Part shown: piece by piece, positions 39,761 through 63,200 of the stretch
Layout: the number at the start of each line of letters is the position of its first letter
Numbering within the stretch: the first letter of the stretch is position 1
Notes under the pieces: generated by a model
Seen by the model: the letters and a program-made list of their open reading frames with translations, nothing else
What the model was told of the DNA's origin: nothing
The model's database searches: none
Origin: Balanoglossus misakiensis
Taxonomy: Eukaryota > Animalia > Hemichordata
NCBI GenBank assembly: GCA_040954595.2
Contig: CM082578.2
Location: 8,045,519-8,109,518 of the forward strand
Length of the DNA stretch: 64,000 nucleotides
Direction: 5' to 3'
Position numbers and translations under genes: made by a program

Positions 39761-42094
39761 GGGGGGGGGGGGGGGCTGTCAAGGGCTGGGTCATTTCTTA
39801 TTCCGGGGAGGGAGGGCGAGTCTATTAGATGGATTTAGGGAGCTTTCCTCCAGAAAACTTCCATGTAAATGTCCCGATTGTTCCATTTACATGATTCAAT
39901 TCTACTTATGGGTTCCGCGCAGATCAGTTAGGTGGATTATTTGCATCACCACACTGAAGCAGACTTGTACACTTATGGTTACTGCAGTTTTAGAGTTATC
40001 AGAGTGAAACACCACTTTGCAGGACAGAGCTGCACAAAACTGGAATCGTGGTTAAATTCCTTAGGATTTCTTTGAATGACACAAAAAGACACAACACATT
40101 AGTATGTATCAAAGTTTATTCAAAATTCTGGTTAAGATGAATGGACAGACAAGTCGCACAGAAAGAAAAATCTTTCAGAGCAGCGCTTGCAATGAATCAT
40201 AATTTACATGTTTATTTTTGCATAGATATTTGACAATAAGGCTTAAATGTATTTTTCATTATTTTCCCCCAATAATAGCAAGTTACTGTAATATTACACA
40301 ATTTATCAATAGCAATACATTATCTTGTGGATCTAAAATATATTAAGTGATACTTGGTTAGAACTTTTTGGAAAGTTTGCACAAGATGATACTAACAACA
40401 ATGCAGCCGTGGTTTATATAAAGGACTTGCTTGGATGACTGCAGTGGATGGTTCACACAAAAGAATTTTTATCACCAGATGGTTGAAAATTTCAAAATGA
40501 ACTTGCATCATCAAGAACTGAACATGTAGTTGGATGCCATTTTCCAAACTGACACTCAATCCTTTGGTGACAACAAGTCCACGATGGTATAAGACTTCAA
40601 AAACATTTTCAAGAGAGTTGCTGTTTTTCATATATGTTATATATGAAAAAAAAAATGATAAAAGCATGTTATCCTGATAAAACATGGCTATTTCCAACAT
40701 ACTGTTTCATGATCATTTCCTGAGTACACACTTGTAGAATACATTCTTCGCTTGTCTGCATTTTATTTTCTTTGCATGATTTTTAAGTTAATAAAATTCA
40801 GCTTTTCCAGATAAAGATTTACAAAGTCCACACTAGATATCCAGCATTAGTATTAAGTCTGGTAGAAAATTTTTTTTTCAGAATTACCGATACTAAATGT
40901 AATCCCCCCTCCCCCCCCCCCAAAAAAAAAAAAAATTGATCCTTTGATAAAACATCTCAGGAAGTTTTTTTCTTCTTCCAAGCCTTATCGACATGTTTGA
41001 GGTAACGCAGACACACACTTTTGGTACATACATGGGTGTACTTGGATATACTTTCAGTAACCATTTACGTAAATGCAGTCAAGTGTGTGTTCAGATAAAC
41101 ATCATCAGTAAAGACACTGACAAATACCTCATTCTATAATGCTTCTTCCATTATGCTGCCACATTGTTATAAACTAACAAATACATTGTTAAAATAGAGC
41201 ACAACAGATTATACAATCATGAATTCAATTAAAGAAATCATCCAAAGTGTTCCAGAAAATAATGTTGCTGAAAAATGTACAAATTAATGAAATAATATCT
41301 TGAGCACCCATATCCCACAAAAAGAATTCACTTGATTCACAAACCTGCTTAAGAGCATACAAATAAATTCTTTAAAAGTCTATTAAAAAATAATAATAAA
41401 TATAGAATATTCTTACGAGAAGAAGAAAATATGCTCTGGAACTACAGCTGGAAACAACTAATTTGAGAATGAGGAGGGATTTGTGCTTATATAATCTCAA
41501 AATTTTGAATAAGTTCATGAAATGCAAAAGAATTGTGAAAAAAGCCCAATATTATTATTTTCTCATGCCCATCACTGTATAATTGATGAAATGTGAAAAC
41601 ACTGTAAAAAAAATCATGAAAATTTTCTGTGCGTCAAAAAAATTCCAAATTGGTCAAAATGTACCACGCATTGGGTCCACTTGGAATGGATCACACTGTT
41701 TTGACCAGACGGGTGAAAAGTGCTACACCCACCACACCAGTCAACAATAATCCGTATAGATGTCACAAGCCAATATCTACACGCCATACCGGCAAGCAAG
41801 TCATAGTGAGGCACATGATTGTAGGGAATTGAGCTGTCAGGCATCTCCGTGTAGCATAAGAATTACATATAACAGTTTCATAGAAACTTCACATAATTTG
41901 TTTTCTATATATAATCTATCAATTTCCGTTACATTGTACTTGTAATACTGCTGGGTTCTTTATCAACAAGGTAGATACGACTTGCTTAAAATAAATCACA
42001 GTGTACACCAGTTCCAGAGCTTCCATTACATCAGAGGTCAAAGGTCATGGCATGATCAGCAGCCACATCCATCTTGAGCTTCAACTGAATCAGA

Positions 42095-50316
<8,222 letters not shown>

Positions 50317-53300
50317 CTTGAGGCTGAAACGAACAAAACTCCACGGTGTAAGTCTCACAGCTTAAAACAAACGCAAATGGAATATCTGCAATGGCATATC
50401 CAATATGACTGCAAGAATATGGGGTCACGTCAGACTGGGGCCAGGCAATTATTGCTTTCATCGGAATATTTTGCCTCAAGAAACAGAAGTCTCATCAGAG
50501 TGGAAACCCTGTTGACCTGCATATGTACACGTATGCTTTATGGTGTACCCAATACGCATGACAACTGATACTCACATCTTGACAAATGTAGGTTGCAAGG
50601 TTGTAATTTATTATATAGGTATAGTAACGACGATGTACTAAAATGATGAATCTTTAACTTGTTCAACACGGCATGTAATGTTACAATGTAGATGCATGTA
50701 CATGATCGATTGACAAAGTGCCATTGTGATGACTTCCACCTCAGTATTTATAGCTTTGCCAGGATGATTTTGTTGAACCCGGAGCAAAAACCCAATTGAC
50801 CTGGATGTTACATAGCTCTGCTCAGGAAATCGCTCATCTCAGCAAGACTCTTCATCGTTCACACTTCCTTTAAAATTAATCAAGCATTCACAGTGTTCCA
50901 AGTACTGGTACATATTATTACTGCCTAAATATGGAGTTAAAAGTCTCAGATTCATGTGAACAGGTGTGTGAGATCACAAGAGGGCACCTCGTCTCTAAGC
51001 TACCACCACAAGTTCCAAATTTGGGCCCCAATAATTTAATAAAATGCCTCGTAATACCTAAGACTAAACCATTCCAATTTAAATTCAGTTTAACTAAAGT
51101 ACCATTATTATGTAGATTATAGATTGCCTATTCAGGGATTTAGTTTCAGCTAGACTTAAACAGGGATCAATGAACCTGTTGTTTTTTTATACTGACAGAC
51201 ATTTACTGTGGAATATTTTTACAGACTCTAGTGCTACCAAACTTACAAAAAGATATGCCAAGCAGCATGACTGAATTTCAAAAGTGATATTTGATCATCA
51301 TACAAGCTGCTAGACCGGCTACGATAGCCTGTCATCAATTCACTATGGAGGCAGAGTTGTTTATACATTTTGTACTGTGGTCAGTCTTAACTCTAAGCAT
51401 TTGAATATATTTAACAGCATTGCAAAATAATACATCTCAAAGTGAAAACGTGGCCTTTAGAATATGACATTTTATTTTAGAAGCTTTTTTGTATACATGT
51501 ACGTAAATTATACTGAAATGTGTAATATCTAGAAAACTGTATATTTAGATCACAGTCATCAGTGTGCCCAAAAATAGCCCTGTCAAAAAGTTCATTCAGT
51601 GGCAATTTTAACCTCATCAGGTGTGAATAATATGCTATACTACATTGTACATATATTTTGAAGAAGAATATACATGTAGATGCATGATCATCACTGATTC
51701 CTTTCACTTTTTTAACAAAGGATGTCAGACTACGGATTTCAGGAATGATTAGCATATCTGAAATCATCGTCAAAATTATATATTATTTGGCAGAATTTAT
51801 AGCAAAACATGGAAGACTTTGATCAAGCCACATTGCTAATTTTAAGGCGATACCAAAGGATTCATGTTGCTAGGCGATGGTTGCCTGGGAGAATTTTCAG
51901 AAGATGGTGACACACAAAAATGTCAACTTATACTTTCTTTCAAGAACAATCATGCAAATAAAGTTTCCCCAACTATACTATGCTTCTACGAATAGCCTTT
52001 CCGGTTTTCTGTTCAACGTGACGTTGATTTATTTCTTAGAACCTGGATTAATACGAGAAAAGGTTGTAGACCTTGCGTTCCACACGTAGTTGCGTTCGCT
52101 GTTTACTATAAACTTCTACTAACCAGACCGACATAAAAGATTTGAGCTCGTGTCAAATCACTCTGACTCAAGAAATGAGAATACCCCGAACTTTCAAATT
52201 AAATTACTTTAAAAGTCCGATACAACTTGTTTGGCTGCGGTGCACTTCCAGTTACAAGCGGACGTGGACGGGAGACAGAGACGGACTCACGGCTAAGGCA
52301 AGGGCAAGGATGTATGTATATCCAACATGGTCATAAAAATCCCATCAAAAATCGAGGTTTCAGAACCTGCCAGGGTAACACACTTTTAAATTGGACATTT
52401 GTACGACTCATTCATAGCAAAAACTGAAAATATAGAATACCACTTCCAACGCTACGCAAACCCGGAAATGAACTTTATCAAGTGTGGTCAGCGTCCAGCG
52501 CGACGCGGCGCCCCGCCCCGCCCGCGCCCGGCGACCTTTTTTGGTAGTTTGGGATTCACGTCTGTGCACACCGAGCGTTGCCAACCTTTGCGATAGAACA
52601 GCTCGTTGAGCGTTTGAAGCACATAACACACACAAAAACGAGTCCAGTAACGATGTACTAGAAGCGTTTCTTTGAAACTGAGAGACAAGTTGACCAGCAG
52701 CCATAATCTGTGTACAAACACAATGAGTCAAATGGCTGAACGATCGTGTCTTGTGTACACACAAATTATACAGCAAGATCTCTAACTAACCTTCAGGCTG
52801 GCAACGTGTCGTCCTGATCCGATTCAGTAATTTAGTAAAAATGACCGTTGCTTTACTCGTGTGTAAGAGACCAGCCGCTTGTGTCTTTCGTCTTGGTGGC
52901 GGCGCGGTGATTAACTAACTCGAGTGATTATGATACATTCGTTTGCATCGATCCTTTTGACCCACACCCACCCACGCCAGGTGTCATGTCATCACAAACT
53001 GTCACGACGGATGCAGGAAGCCCGGGAATCAGGGGGAGTTACACCTAGATAACAAGGGGGGTGCCGCGCCACTTTGAACATATCCAGGAGCGCAGTAGAT
53101 TTGCAAATAGATTTTGATTCCAATTTTTAACAAAACTTAATTATTTCAGTACGATAATGAACACTTTATTATTATTTCTACAGAATGAAAAACTTTCTTG
53201 AAAAGAAAGATACACCTACTTTTTGCACAGAAGTCATTTTCTGCGGTTTGGTCCGGAGTGACCATGACCATTGCTTGGCTAGGGTCGATCAGAAGCTGGT

Positions 53301-55974
53301 GATTCATAACTTCGGAGAAAATTCTTAGCAGTGTATTTTTAACTGCTAATTTCTTGTTAAGAAAGTGCGTACAACCAAAGCGTCACAATGAAGTGTATGT
53401 TGTCCTGCTCTTTCTATGAAATTTATTCATGTACCATCAAAATCTGTTTGTTTTGCCTTGTATTATACCAAGGCAAATGATTTGGAGCTTTCAATAGATG
53501 CTCTAAAAATTGTAGAATGTGTACTGGTCCAGTACTGTTACTATACGGTCTAATATGGTCTTGCGTGAGACTTTCAGTTTCACAAGTGGCTGTCAATGCA
53601 AGACACACAAAAGCCAATTGTTACACAAAATAAAGAAGATGCTGCATATAGTTTGTAGTACACGTTTTATTTCTGAATCCATTAAAATTTGGATCAAGAT
53701 CCGATACTCACACTTCTAACCTAGTGAATGTGGAGATAGGATAGGAGAGAGCATCTACATTGCAGTGTATCATATTGTTATATCTGTACGTAGGGTATAT
53801 TTTCTTCACTTACTAGTAGGTTGGTGACCTGTGATGCACATTTACATCATACGCCCCATAAACTATGGTTGGCATGGTCCCATTTAACCCACAGCCAGCT
53901 ATAAATCAGCTTGAATTTGGCACTAATCAATAACACTAAATCTTACTCAAATTAATAAGTAACCATGGAGGTATATGGATACCTATGTTCTTTCATATAC
54001 TACATGTACCTGCCAAGGGTCAATTCTATAAGACTAGACTATTACAAATATACAACAACTGCTTGTGTCTTTTCCAGTGGTGTTTGGTCGCTGTAGCGGA
54101 ATTAGTGGTACAACCGCCCCTGCCAATCAATGTACACACTCACAAAGTGTATAGTATTTGTCTACTCTTGTCATTTTGTCAAGGTATCTGAGGGGGAAAA
54201 CCTATAAACACACAAACAGATATATACATGGTGGTAATAGATCTAATATAGTGAGTAACAGCTGCCAATGGAATAAAATACTGCAGTATACGCTTGTCCA
54301 GAGACTGGCTCTAGTTCTATGTCATGTACCATGTACTACAGATCACACATGACCCCCAACTTTCAAAGCCACTTACATTTCACATCAATAACAAACACTA
54401 TAATCCAAACATCTTTGTTTTCACGGAGAAGAAAGAACATTGCAGGTAATTGGTCCATACTGTGTCAGTTGTAAAGAATTAAAATAAAAACATACAAATG
54501 ATCAAATCTGTTGTCATTTAAACATGCACCACTGTAAATGATATAAAAACAGCCCACAAGATATATATGTAATGTATGGCAAAACAAACTTCACCTATGA
54601 TAGGCCAACTCACCAATAAAATGCTGCACACCAACTATAAAACTGCAGTGTTCTGTGGAAACCACTTAAAAGGACATGTGATAGCGGTACGTCAACGAAA
54701 ATGTGTAAATTGAAATAAGACTTTGAAGAGATGACTTCTCTCAGTCTAAAATTTTTGTCTTTGTACTTTATAACAGAGTAATTATTCTACTTTTTTCACA
54801 CTTTTGTTATCTTTTCTGTGACAAAATGTCAGTAAGACCTAATGTTAGTTTAGCTTCTGAACTCCCATTTATTAAACATGGAGAAATCTACCATCTTGAA
54901 ATTCTATGACTACATGATATTTTTATTCCTTACTTTTTATTTTAGGTAGCACTACAAATACCAGACTGTACAGTGTAGACTGGCAGTTATTGCTGTGACT
55001 AGGGGAACTAGTACCATTGTATTTAGTTACAATGAGAGGTGCTTCTATTGATGATGTTTGGATATGGTTCTATTAACCACACAACATTATTTGATCAAAG
55101 TCTATCATTTACTATCAATGCTTTGTGTGTCCAACACGGTAAACATACGAAGCTGACAAAGTTCATCCAGTGTCACGATTCCCTTCATATCTAGGGGCAC
55201 GCTACCTGCAGCTATGTTGTAAGCCTATGAAATGTTTTATTTGAGGAGAATCACTAATGATGGTACACTCTATGTATATCGAGTCTCACTGAAAATCCCA
55301 GAATTTGTACAATGTTTGTATTGACAATAAACTTAAATGCCAAGATTTGAGGACCCTGTACAAACATAAGCTATCACTACACTTGAGAACACAGATTTTG
55401 TCGATCGTTTTGGCGTGACCATAGTTTGGAAACTAACACCATGAATTTTAAAGTGACTGCAAAAGCATGTAGACCTTGGATATTGAATTTCAGAAAACTG
55501 AAACTACTGTATTGCCAGTAGTCTGTACCATTCTTTGTGATCTACCAGGTGTATATAGGACTTATTTTTCTCTTTAATGAAAGAGAATAATATGCAAAAG
55601 AAGTTGATTGCAACAGACTATTTATATGGACAACCATTATACCTTAGACACTAGAAAAAAATAGCATCATCCGATTCAACTAAAGAAATTCAAATTAGGC
55701 TGGCAGAAACTATAAAATGCCAAGCATTTGTACTTAAAACCATCTTCAGCCATTGATATATTTATGCAAAGTTTAAATAATTATATAAATATAAGTTATA
55801 TCATTCAAATTCTCACACATACACATATACACAATCTCATGGATAAGTGTAAAAACTATTATCATATCTTATAATTACTGGAAAGTTATAATATCACTAT
55901 GATGCTGAATTCTTTTTTCATAATTTATATTTATATAATCTGATTTTCTAAGACAAATGATGACAGGGAAGCAG

Positions 55975-58461
55975 TTATCTGGAAGACGATTGTGATGACG
56001 ATGGTAGAGGTGATTCTGATCTTTCTGTCTGTTGTCTTGGGGGCTGTACAGTCTTGTGAAATATCTTGTTTGCAATTTCAATAGACAATGGAAACACACG
56101 TATTATAAACTCACTGCAAGGTAAAAAAAAATACATGAGAAATCATTATTTGTACATGTACCTGACAATAAACTTGTAAATTAAACAGTACTCATAATTG
56201 ATATCGCACAAATTGCCTGTCGCGAAAATAACCCGTTTTACAGTATGTATCACAGTGGCGAAAATGAAATTTATAGGGGAAAGTGGTCGTCTATCAAACT
56301 TACCAGCTCTGTCTCGGTGGAGTTGCTTCGTTGGCACTGATGATAAATAGAGGGAAAAACATGGAGAAGATGCAGCCACTGATGATGTGAGACTGTGGCA
56401 GGTAAGTTAGAACAGCTAGTGGCAAGCCAAAGCCAAAAAAGTATGGCCAATTACATTCAATGTAATTGATGCGTTTGTGAACCTCCCAACCTGAAAAGAT
56501 AAAATAGAATAATGACCTCAGCATGTTAATTATTACTAAGAGAAGGATGTAGCATAATTATACTTAGATGCAGGAAACCCTGTCTAAACCAAACACCCGA
56601 GGGCCACAGAAATTGTTTGGTTGGAAGAGGTGTCTGGTTTATAGAGGTTATTTTAACATGTGGTTCTATGTCAGAGGGACAGGACAATGTGTTTGGTGTA
56701 GACAGGTTTCCAGATTAGACAGGGTTCAGTTAATTTGTCAACATCCATCTGTCACATTGCGGTACTGCGGAAAAGTGCTGCAATGTGACAAAAGTACAAA
56801 ATGTCTGTTCACTTACCCATATTGAACCATTTGTACTCAAATGCATACAGGGAATATAATAGACACAGGTGAAATAGACTCAGCAGTGTTGCCATACCAG
56901 ACAGCGGAATTAAACTTACTAACATGGCCTGCAGAGAAAAAAAAACATTATAGATTTCTGTGTCTGTGTCAGCACTGAATCACTTCCAATATGAAAGGGA
57001 AAAGTTCGTTTTCATGGCCTTGAACTATGGCCCTGCCACTAGCCAAACAATGCCCTCTATGGTCAGAATGCATAGGGGCATAATTGCCCCCTTGATCACA
57101 TCCTTACATTTTGTGTCTTTTCCTGCATTTTACTCACTTATTGCGCATTCGCCGATCATTTGATTGGAAATGCAGATTCAAGATCTGCCAAGTGGGAGGA
57201 CTAACCATCAAAAACTTACTTGAATTAAAAATATTGTCTGTATCACTATACTAAATAAGAGATCTGCCACCATTTTACTGAGGTTGAGCATCTGCGGGCG
57301 ACCACGCGATTTCCTGTATGCTGCATCCCCTATATCCTGAGAAAATAGAAATTATGGAAAGCTTTTTAGTCCTGTGTTCAATTAATAGTCTGTAAATGCC
57401 GCAAGGGTTGACAAATGACTCTCCGTGTGAAGGAACAGGTAATGCATCTAAAACAAAGCATATAGGTCTAATATGATTTTCCCCAAATATGAAATTGTCT
57501 CTTAAACAAAGCTGATTTGTGTCATCCTCAGAGGTCTGTAAACCAAGTATCAAAACCAATATCTGTGGAAGACTGTGGTCGATTGCTGCATAGAGACACG
57601 AGATACTTGAGGAGATAAAGTCAACTGATCATTTCCTGTCTTGATAATTCAAAAGTTTTGAGGCAGAGCAATACTGACCTGAAACCAGAGACTGTTGACA
57701 ATTTTGCTGAGGAGGAACAGAGGCATGACCCAAAGTGCACTAAATGTGCATGACAGCATTGGCCCCATCCATGACCACACTACGTAACTTTGCATAGTAC
57801 TTTCACCTGTGAAGTATGCAAACATCACAATACATGTAGTTAGTAGCAGCTGCAACATTTTCAATAATTTTTTCACTCTGTGTTTAAATATTCACTAGTT
57901 TCTTGACCAGTATGCAACTTACCAAACATGAAATGGGTGAGCTTCTCTAACATTGGCAAGACAAGACCATTGAACAGACCAATACTTAGCCAAAACACAC
58001 CACCATTGAAAGCACAGCATTGCAGTATTCTGCTTCGTATACCTGGTTCACTGCAAAGAAATTGACAAGACACTACAAGATTAGATGTGTGTTTGTTGAG
58101 ATGCTGGTGGATTTTCACCCTGGATTTTCTTGATAAAATGAGATTGTTCAGTTCCTATAAATTTTGATTGTTCTGACCAATCAACAGACTTGCTTTTAGT
58201 AAAGCAATGAATAATAATACATGTACTTATCATTCTTATCATTCTGAACTGTAGACAACTATGAAGATACCGGTACCTGTCTTTTGGTTTTGTTATGATT
58301 GGTCTTCTCCTAAACTTTGCAATTTCCTCTCGCTTTTTTCTCAAAATCTCTTCCTGTTTATCAATCTCTCTATCAATGTAGATTATCTTCCATGTTCCGA
58401 GCAGAGCGTCTTTGATCCCAGATCCAATTCCTAGGAGTACCTCTTTGATGTTGTCTGTCAT
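55975..58461 (-). CDS. EI24: Etoposide-induced protein 2.4 homolog (EI24/EPG-4), 7 coding exons, about 331 aa
   Basis: Exons: 58461-58277, 58050-57923, 57806-57679, 57336-57220, 56928-56817, 56490-56304, 56113-55975 (996 nt). Motifs: [91 protein letters not shown]. Confidence 0.95.
56571..56730. mobile_element. Degenerate Tc1/pogo-type MITE in an EI24 intron
   Basis: 12-bp inverted repeat AACCCTGTCTAA (56576) / TTAGACAGGGTT (56715-56726), with internal GGT(G/T)TA(G/T)A(C/G)AGG subrepeats. Family assignment is tentative. Confidence 0.45.
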
Positions 58462-59766
58462 TTTACCAAGGAACTTGATGCATTTCAATAGACTTAATTC
58501 TATCCACTGCACCTGTGGCCAGATCAAGCTCCAGACAGACCTAGTGATGTTTTTAAAAAGAATGTGTTATGAATATATATGAGCATATCACAGAAAAAAA
58601 CATTTCAACAGAAAAAGGAAGCAAAATCTTCATAGATTCTGGTGGTGGGTGTACAAAAAAAGGAATTAATAAGTCAAACCTTTAAAGTCAGTCCTGTAAA
58701 TAATATATTCAGCCATACAATATCATTTTGTGACCTGACTTGACCTTTTTTATGTCAATTAAAACATACAATTTTAATTTACTGTCAGTGCCTATGATTG
58801 AAATTGGCATTTTCATTGCTGTCCTGTAGAAACCGGACACACTAATACATTCAGCTATACAAATTACAACATCCTTTTGTGACCAGGCCTAAGGTCAATT
58901 AAAATTTGCATTTTTGAGGACAAATGATTTTTGGCAAAGCTGTCCTCTAGAAACCTGACAAATAGATGTTTTACAATTTGGAGATCAAAGGCCATCTTTA
59001 ACAATATTGTCCTCTAAATTTTCCAGATAACTTAAAGATTAGAGTGGATGATCTTCTGTGTTTTTTGCCCTTGTACATGTAAGGACCAATAAAAAAAACT
59101 TTGTTTAATTTATTAAATAAATTAATATTTCCTCACAATAGCTCAAGGACAATAAAGTACACAGAATGAACACACTATCACTAAACAAACTGACATAATA
59201 TGAGGTAGTCACAGTGATTTGTCCTTGTGACTATATATAATATTTAGGTGACTATAATTGATATTCAAACTAAAGTACACTGAGCACTTTATGAATGTAG
59301 AAAACAAACAACAGAAATTGCAAATAACAAAGCAATGTAAATATTTCAACATCACAGTTCCGCCCTATATTACATATTTGTTGAGCCCTTCAAGACAGAA
59401 GTGATTATTTTGCATATTTCTCGGCTACATCGGGGCCACGGTTATCTTTGCCGGTAAACCCAAAGAAAAACCTGTATAAAAACCTAAGTTTGACCTCAGT
59501 TCTGATGCAGACAGACACTGGTCCACCGAGATCGATAGAGGGCAGGCTGTCTTATTGTCATTTTTAGTTCCAGAAGTTAGACTCTCGCGTAATGCATACA
59601 TGGTTGGTAGTTGTTCTGATACACACCTGAAGGCAACCACGCTATACTTGCAGTGATTCTTGGCGTACCCCTTGTGTTATACGTTTTCCCTTTGCAGAAA
59701 GCCTCATCAGCATCGGAAGGTGTATCGTACACAGCTACCTCCGTAGAGAAACGAATGACACTAAAC

Positions 59767-59778
59767 AATGACGTCATT
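59767..59778. promoter_or_regulatory. Perfect CRE palindrome in the divergent EI24/MTMR14 promoter
   Basis: AATGACGTCATT is a 12-bp palindrome containing TGACGTCA. It lies between a minus-strand donor CAG|GTGTGT (about 59626) and a plus-strand donor ATG|GTAAGT (59814/59815). Confidence 0.6.
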
Positions 59779-60212
59779 CTGATGGTGCATATATAGTACA
59801 CGATTCCGTAAATGGTAAGTCATTAAATGGTTTCTTTCTGCTTTGTTTTTTGTTATTTACGAATTCAATGAGATAGAAAAAAATACAAAGGTTCGTAATA
59901 TACCTCAATTACCACCAGGGTGGTCTAAAGATCGCAGTGTGCTGGTTTTGAAAGCAGGCGAACAATGTACTGTGTATAGTATAATGGTTTAACACCAGGA
60001 AGTTATTTGTACTGATCATGGAAGAATCATCAAGGCCGACCGATCATGTCACTGTTGGTAACATTTCTCACTGTATGTGTATTTTTACCCATTGAGATTT
60101 GATTCAACTGACATTTTATATTGATCACAACATCTGTACATTTCAAGCTTGTGCGATCAGTCGATCTTCTGGACCATATTCATCCAAGTTTGATATACGT
60201 CAGCATACGTGT

Positions 60213-63200
60213 ATGAGTGGAGTGCAGGTTGCGAGCGCTGCGTCGGACAGCCTGGTGGGCGAAGGTCACGTTAAAGAGCTGCTCGACCTTTTCACGAAAA
60301 CAAAATACAGAGCATGTGACAAAGACGACAAGGTAAGCATTTACACTTGATCGAACTATCAAATAATTTAGCCTTTTTTTGACTCCGTTGCTATTTGATG
60401 CCCGATAGTCCCAGCTACTCTGGACTGAATTTATTGGATATAGAGTGGGCGTGCACTTCTGTTACAGATTTTACTGTCGTCACCCAGAATTGACCCCAAC
60501 TGGTGGTTCGTTTGCACATTTTAGTATTGTTATGAAGATTCGAACATCTGCACAACACTGTCAAAGTCATGACAAACAGCCTCTGAGTACAAGCTTCAGA
60601 AACCATGTCATTTTCAATGTTGCCGTTCGATATTTCGTGAACTATTTGATGAAGCCATATCATTGACAATTTGTCTATTCTGCAGCGCGAAATAGTGGAA
60701 CGAAGATGCTTGCATCTATTTGCCAAAGATTACCAGTATTCGGTAAGTTGCCGTTTAGAAATATCTGGATAACTAGTACATGTATTCCGCAAGTTACTGT
60801 TTATAACTGTCTGATTTAAAGGATATTGTTGAAAGAAGTGTTGACATCACTGAGAAAACGAAAACGAAACTAACAATAGCATGGAACATTTATATTACCA
60901 CGGATGTACAATGTTAGGTAGCTTCTCTTTGTTATTATTTTTTATCTCGAAGTATTGATAATTATTAAAATATGAGATTGGGAAAATGTTTTATTGTCAA
61001 TCAGTATACATGTTGTTTAGCCAGTTTATATCACACTACAGTTTCAACTCCGTGAACCATAGGCATTACAACATTGTCATTCAGATCGACATGACGACAG
61101 CCTCGACAGGGTACAATTACAAGAAGATATAAATCTTGGGAGTGATTTACTGATGTAATAAATGAAACTATGGTATGCTACTCAGACCAGGGGTATGATT
61201 TACTGTTCCCTGAGAAATAATGATGCCTAATTGTGTAAAGACTAACTGTCATATTTATTTCAGGTAATTCACAATGTTAATGGAGAACTGTGTAACCACT
61301 ATCCAACAAAAGTCATTCTCCTGGAATATGCACTACCAAATTCGGAACACATTCCTGAAAGGTATTGTAGAAAGCCCATCCTAGTACAGTTATACAGAAG
61401 TGTCTTGTCAACTGATTTTATAATCTAATGCTATCAGAATAATCCCAATGACTTATCTATGTCTGTTTTTTTTATTTACCAGAGTTGAAAGTCTGTATGA
61501 CTTAGAGAAAATGCAAGACCAGTTTACCAAATCAAGATTTGCAAGGTGCCGGTCACGGTTTGTTGTACCTGTCATTCTGTATGAAGGAAAGGTAAGAGGA
61601 CACCACTGTTGTTAATAATTCAGTTTTGACACTGCCTAGTTTCTATCAGGACAGGAGAAACACTGAATTATCAGCTGCGTTTGAGAACATATCATGGTGT
61701 GTAACATGTAAGTGTGTGTGGGGCCCTGCACAATATAAATCCATCTAAATTGGACCATAAAAGCCGTAGTTTCAGGAACCCATTTAAAACCTCTGTGACT
61801 TTTGAGTGTATTTTTTCAACCCCTCCTGTGTATCAAGTACTATATGTTCCATGTACCGACCAGTTTAAGGAAGGAAGAAATGCTCGCTTTTGATACTCCT
61901 GATAAGTACTTTATATGACCATGCTCAGACGAAAATAGTATCGTTAATCCTGTGCCACTCCCCCAATGAACTCTGACACACATTTTCGCCCAAGCAGGGT
62001 TCAGAGGGTTAAGTATAATCTTTTAAGGCCATGTCTGTGTAGCCAGCACCACCAGTGATTGATATGTCTAACTCGATTGGCAAACGAGCACAACTGAAAG
62101 GATATGGTCAGCAGAAACAAAAGTTGACCTGAACGTATCCACCCACTCAATTCTTCGTGCTAAGTTTTCAGCAGGTTGTACAATCCTACCACTACCCCCT
62201 TTGCACAGAGACAGAACCTGACTGACATTTGTCTGGAGTCAACCTTAAGTATCCAGTTTGAAAACCCCACAGAGCATATTTCAATACCTTTAATTAATGC
62301 TGTTGTAATCATGGCGAGTACATGTTAGTGGCAACAAATCTCGTGAATATGTCTGTGTGGATGAGTGATCCTCAACCATTCTATCAATCATGTGCTCCCG
62401 TCCGTTTACAAGGTTTCTTGATCCACACCTGTTACATCTGAAAATGACTGCTGTAATTTCAACTCCATCTCTCTCTCTGTAACCATCATTTGTCAATGAA
62501 AATTTGTTTATGCATTATTGTGATGGCCATAATCCACTATTAGATCAGTGTGCAAAGTATACATTTACATCCAACACAAATGTTCAATCATGTGAATTGG
62601 TCTTTTTTTAAATACAGTACATCTATTTTTTATTTGTTAGCACATATGTAGATCAGCTACATTATCATCTGGTGCAGAAATATATGGCAGATCTGGCTAT
62701 GATTATTTTTTCACAGGTAGGAATTGTTGTTGTTATTTATTCTTGTTGTTATTGTTGTCATCTTTGATACTTTGTATTGTATGATTTACAATGGCCTGTT
62801 TGAATTTTTTAGGTGGTAATGGCTTGCCAGGCGAAGAAAGTGAACAAGGCAATGATGTACAGCAACCACAGTCAAGTGGGTAAGTTGAATACAGAATACA
62901 GAATGCTATTAACAAGAATGGTGCATGATCATCCAATGAAAATGGAGGGTGCTACCACATGTGACATGGCACTGGTCCAAGACAATGGGAAATAGCCCCC
63001 AGTTCACCTTTAGGACTTAAAAAAATTATCAGTGATTGTAAACCACGATAAGATATTTACCAGACTGTTGTCTGAAACTCAACAAAATCAAGGACATTAT
63101 TTGTGGCAGTACTTATTAACCACAGTCCTGCATTAACTTACTGTAGTTTGCAATCCTTACAAATTTCAGCGGCCTCCCTGTCCAAATGGTGATCTAGGGC

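Noticed and set aside
39761-40934. Homopolymer runs (G15 at 39761; C and A runs at about 40905-40934)
   Set aside because: These are simple low-complexity tracts with no evidence of function or of a retrocopy tail.
58685-58965. Degenerate repeats of about 125 bp in EI24 intron 1
   Set aside because: Similarity is patchy. It is probably an old repeat remnant, but no boundaries can be defined.
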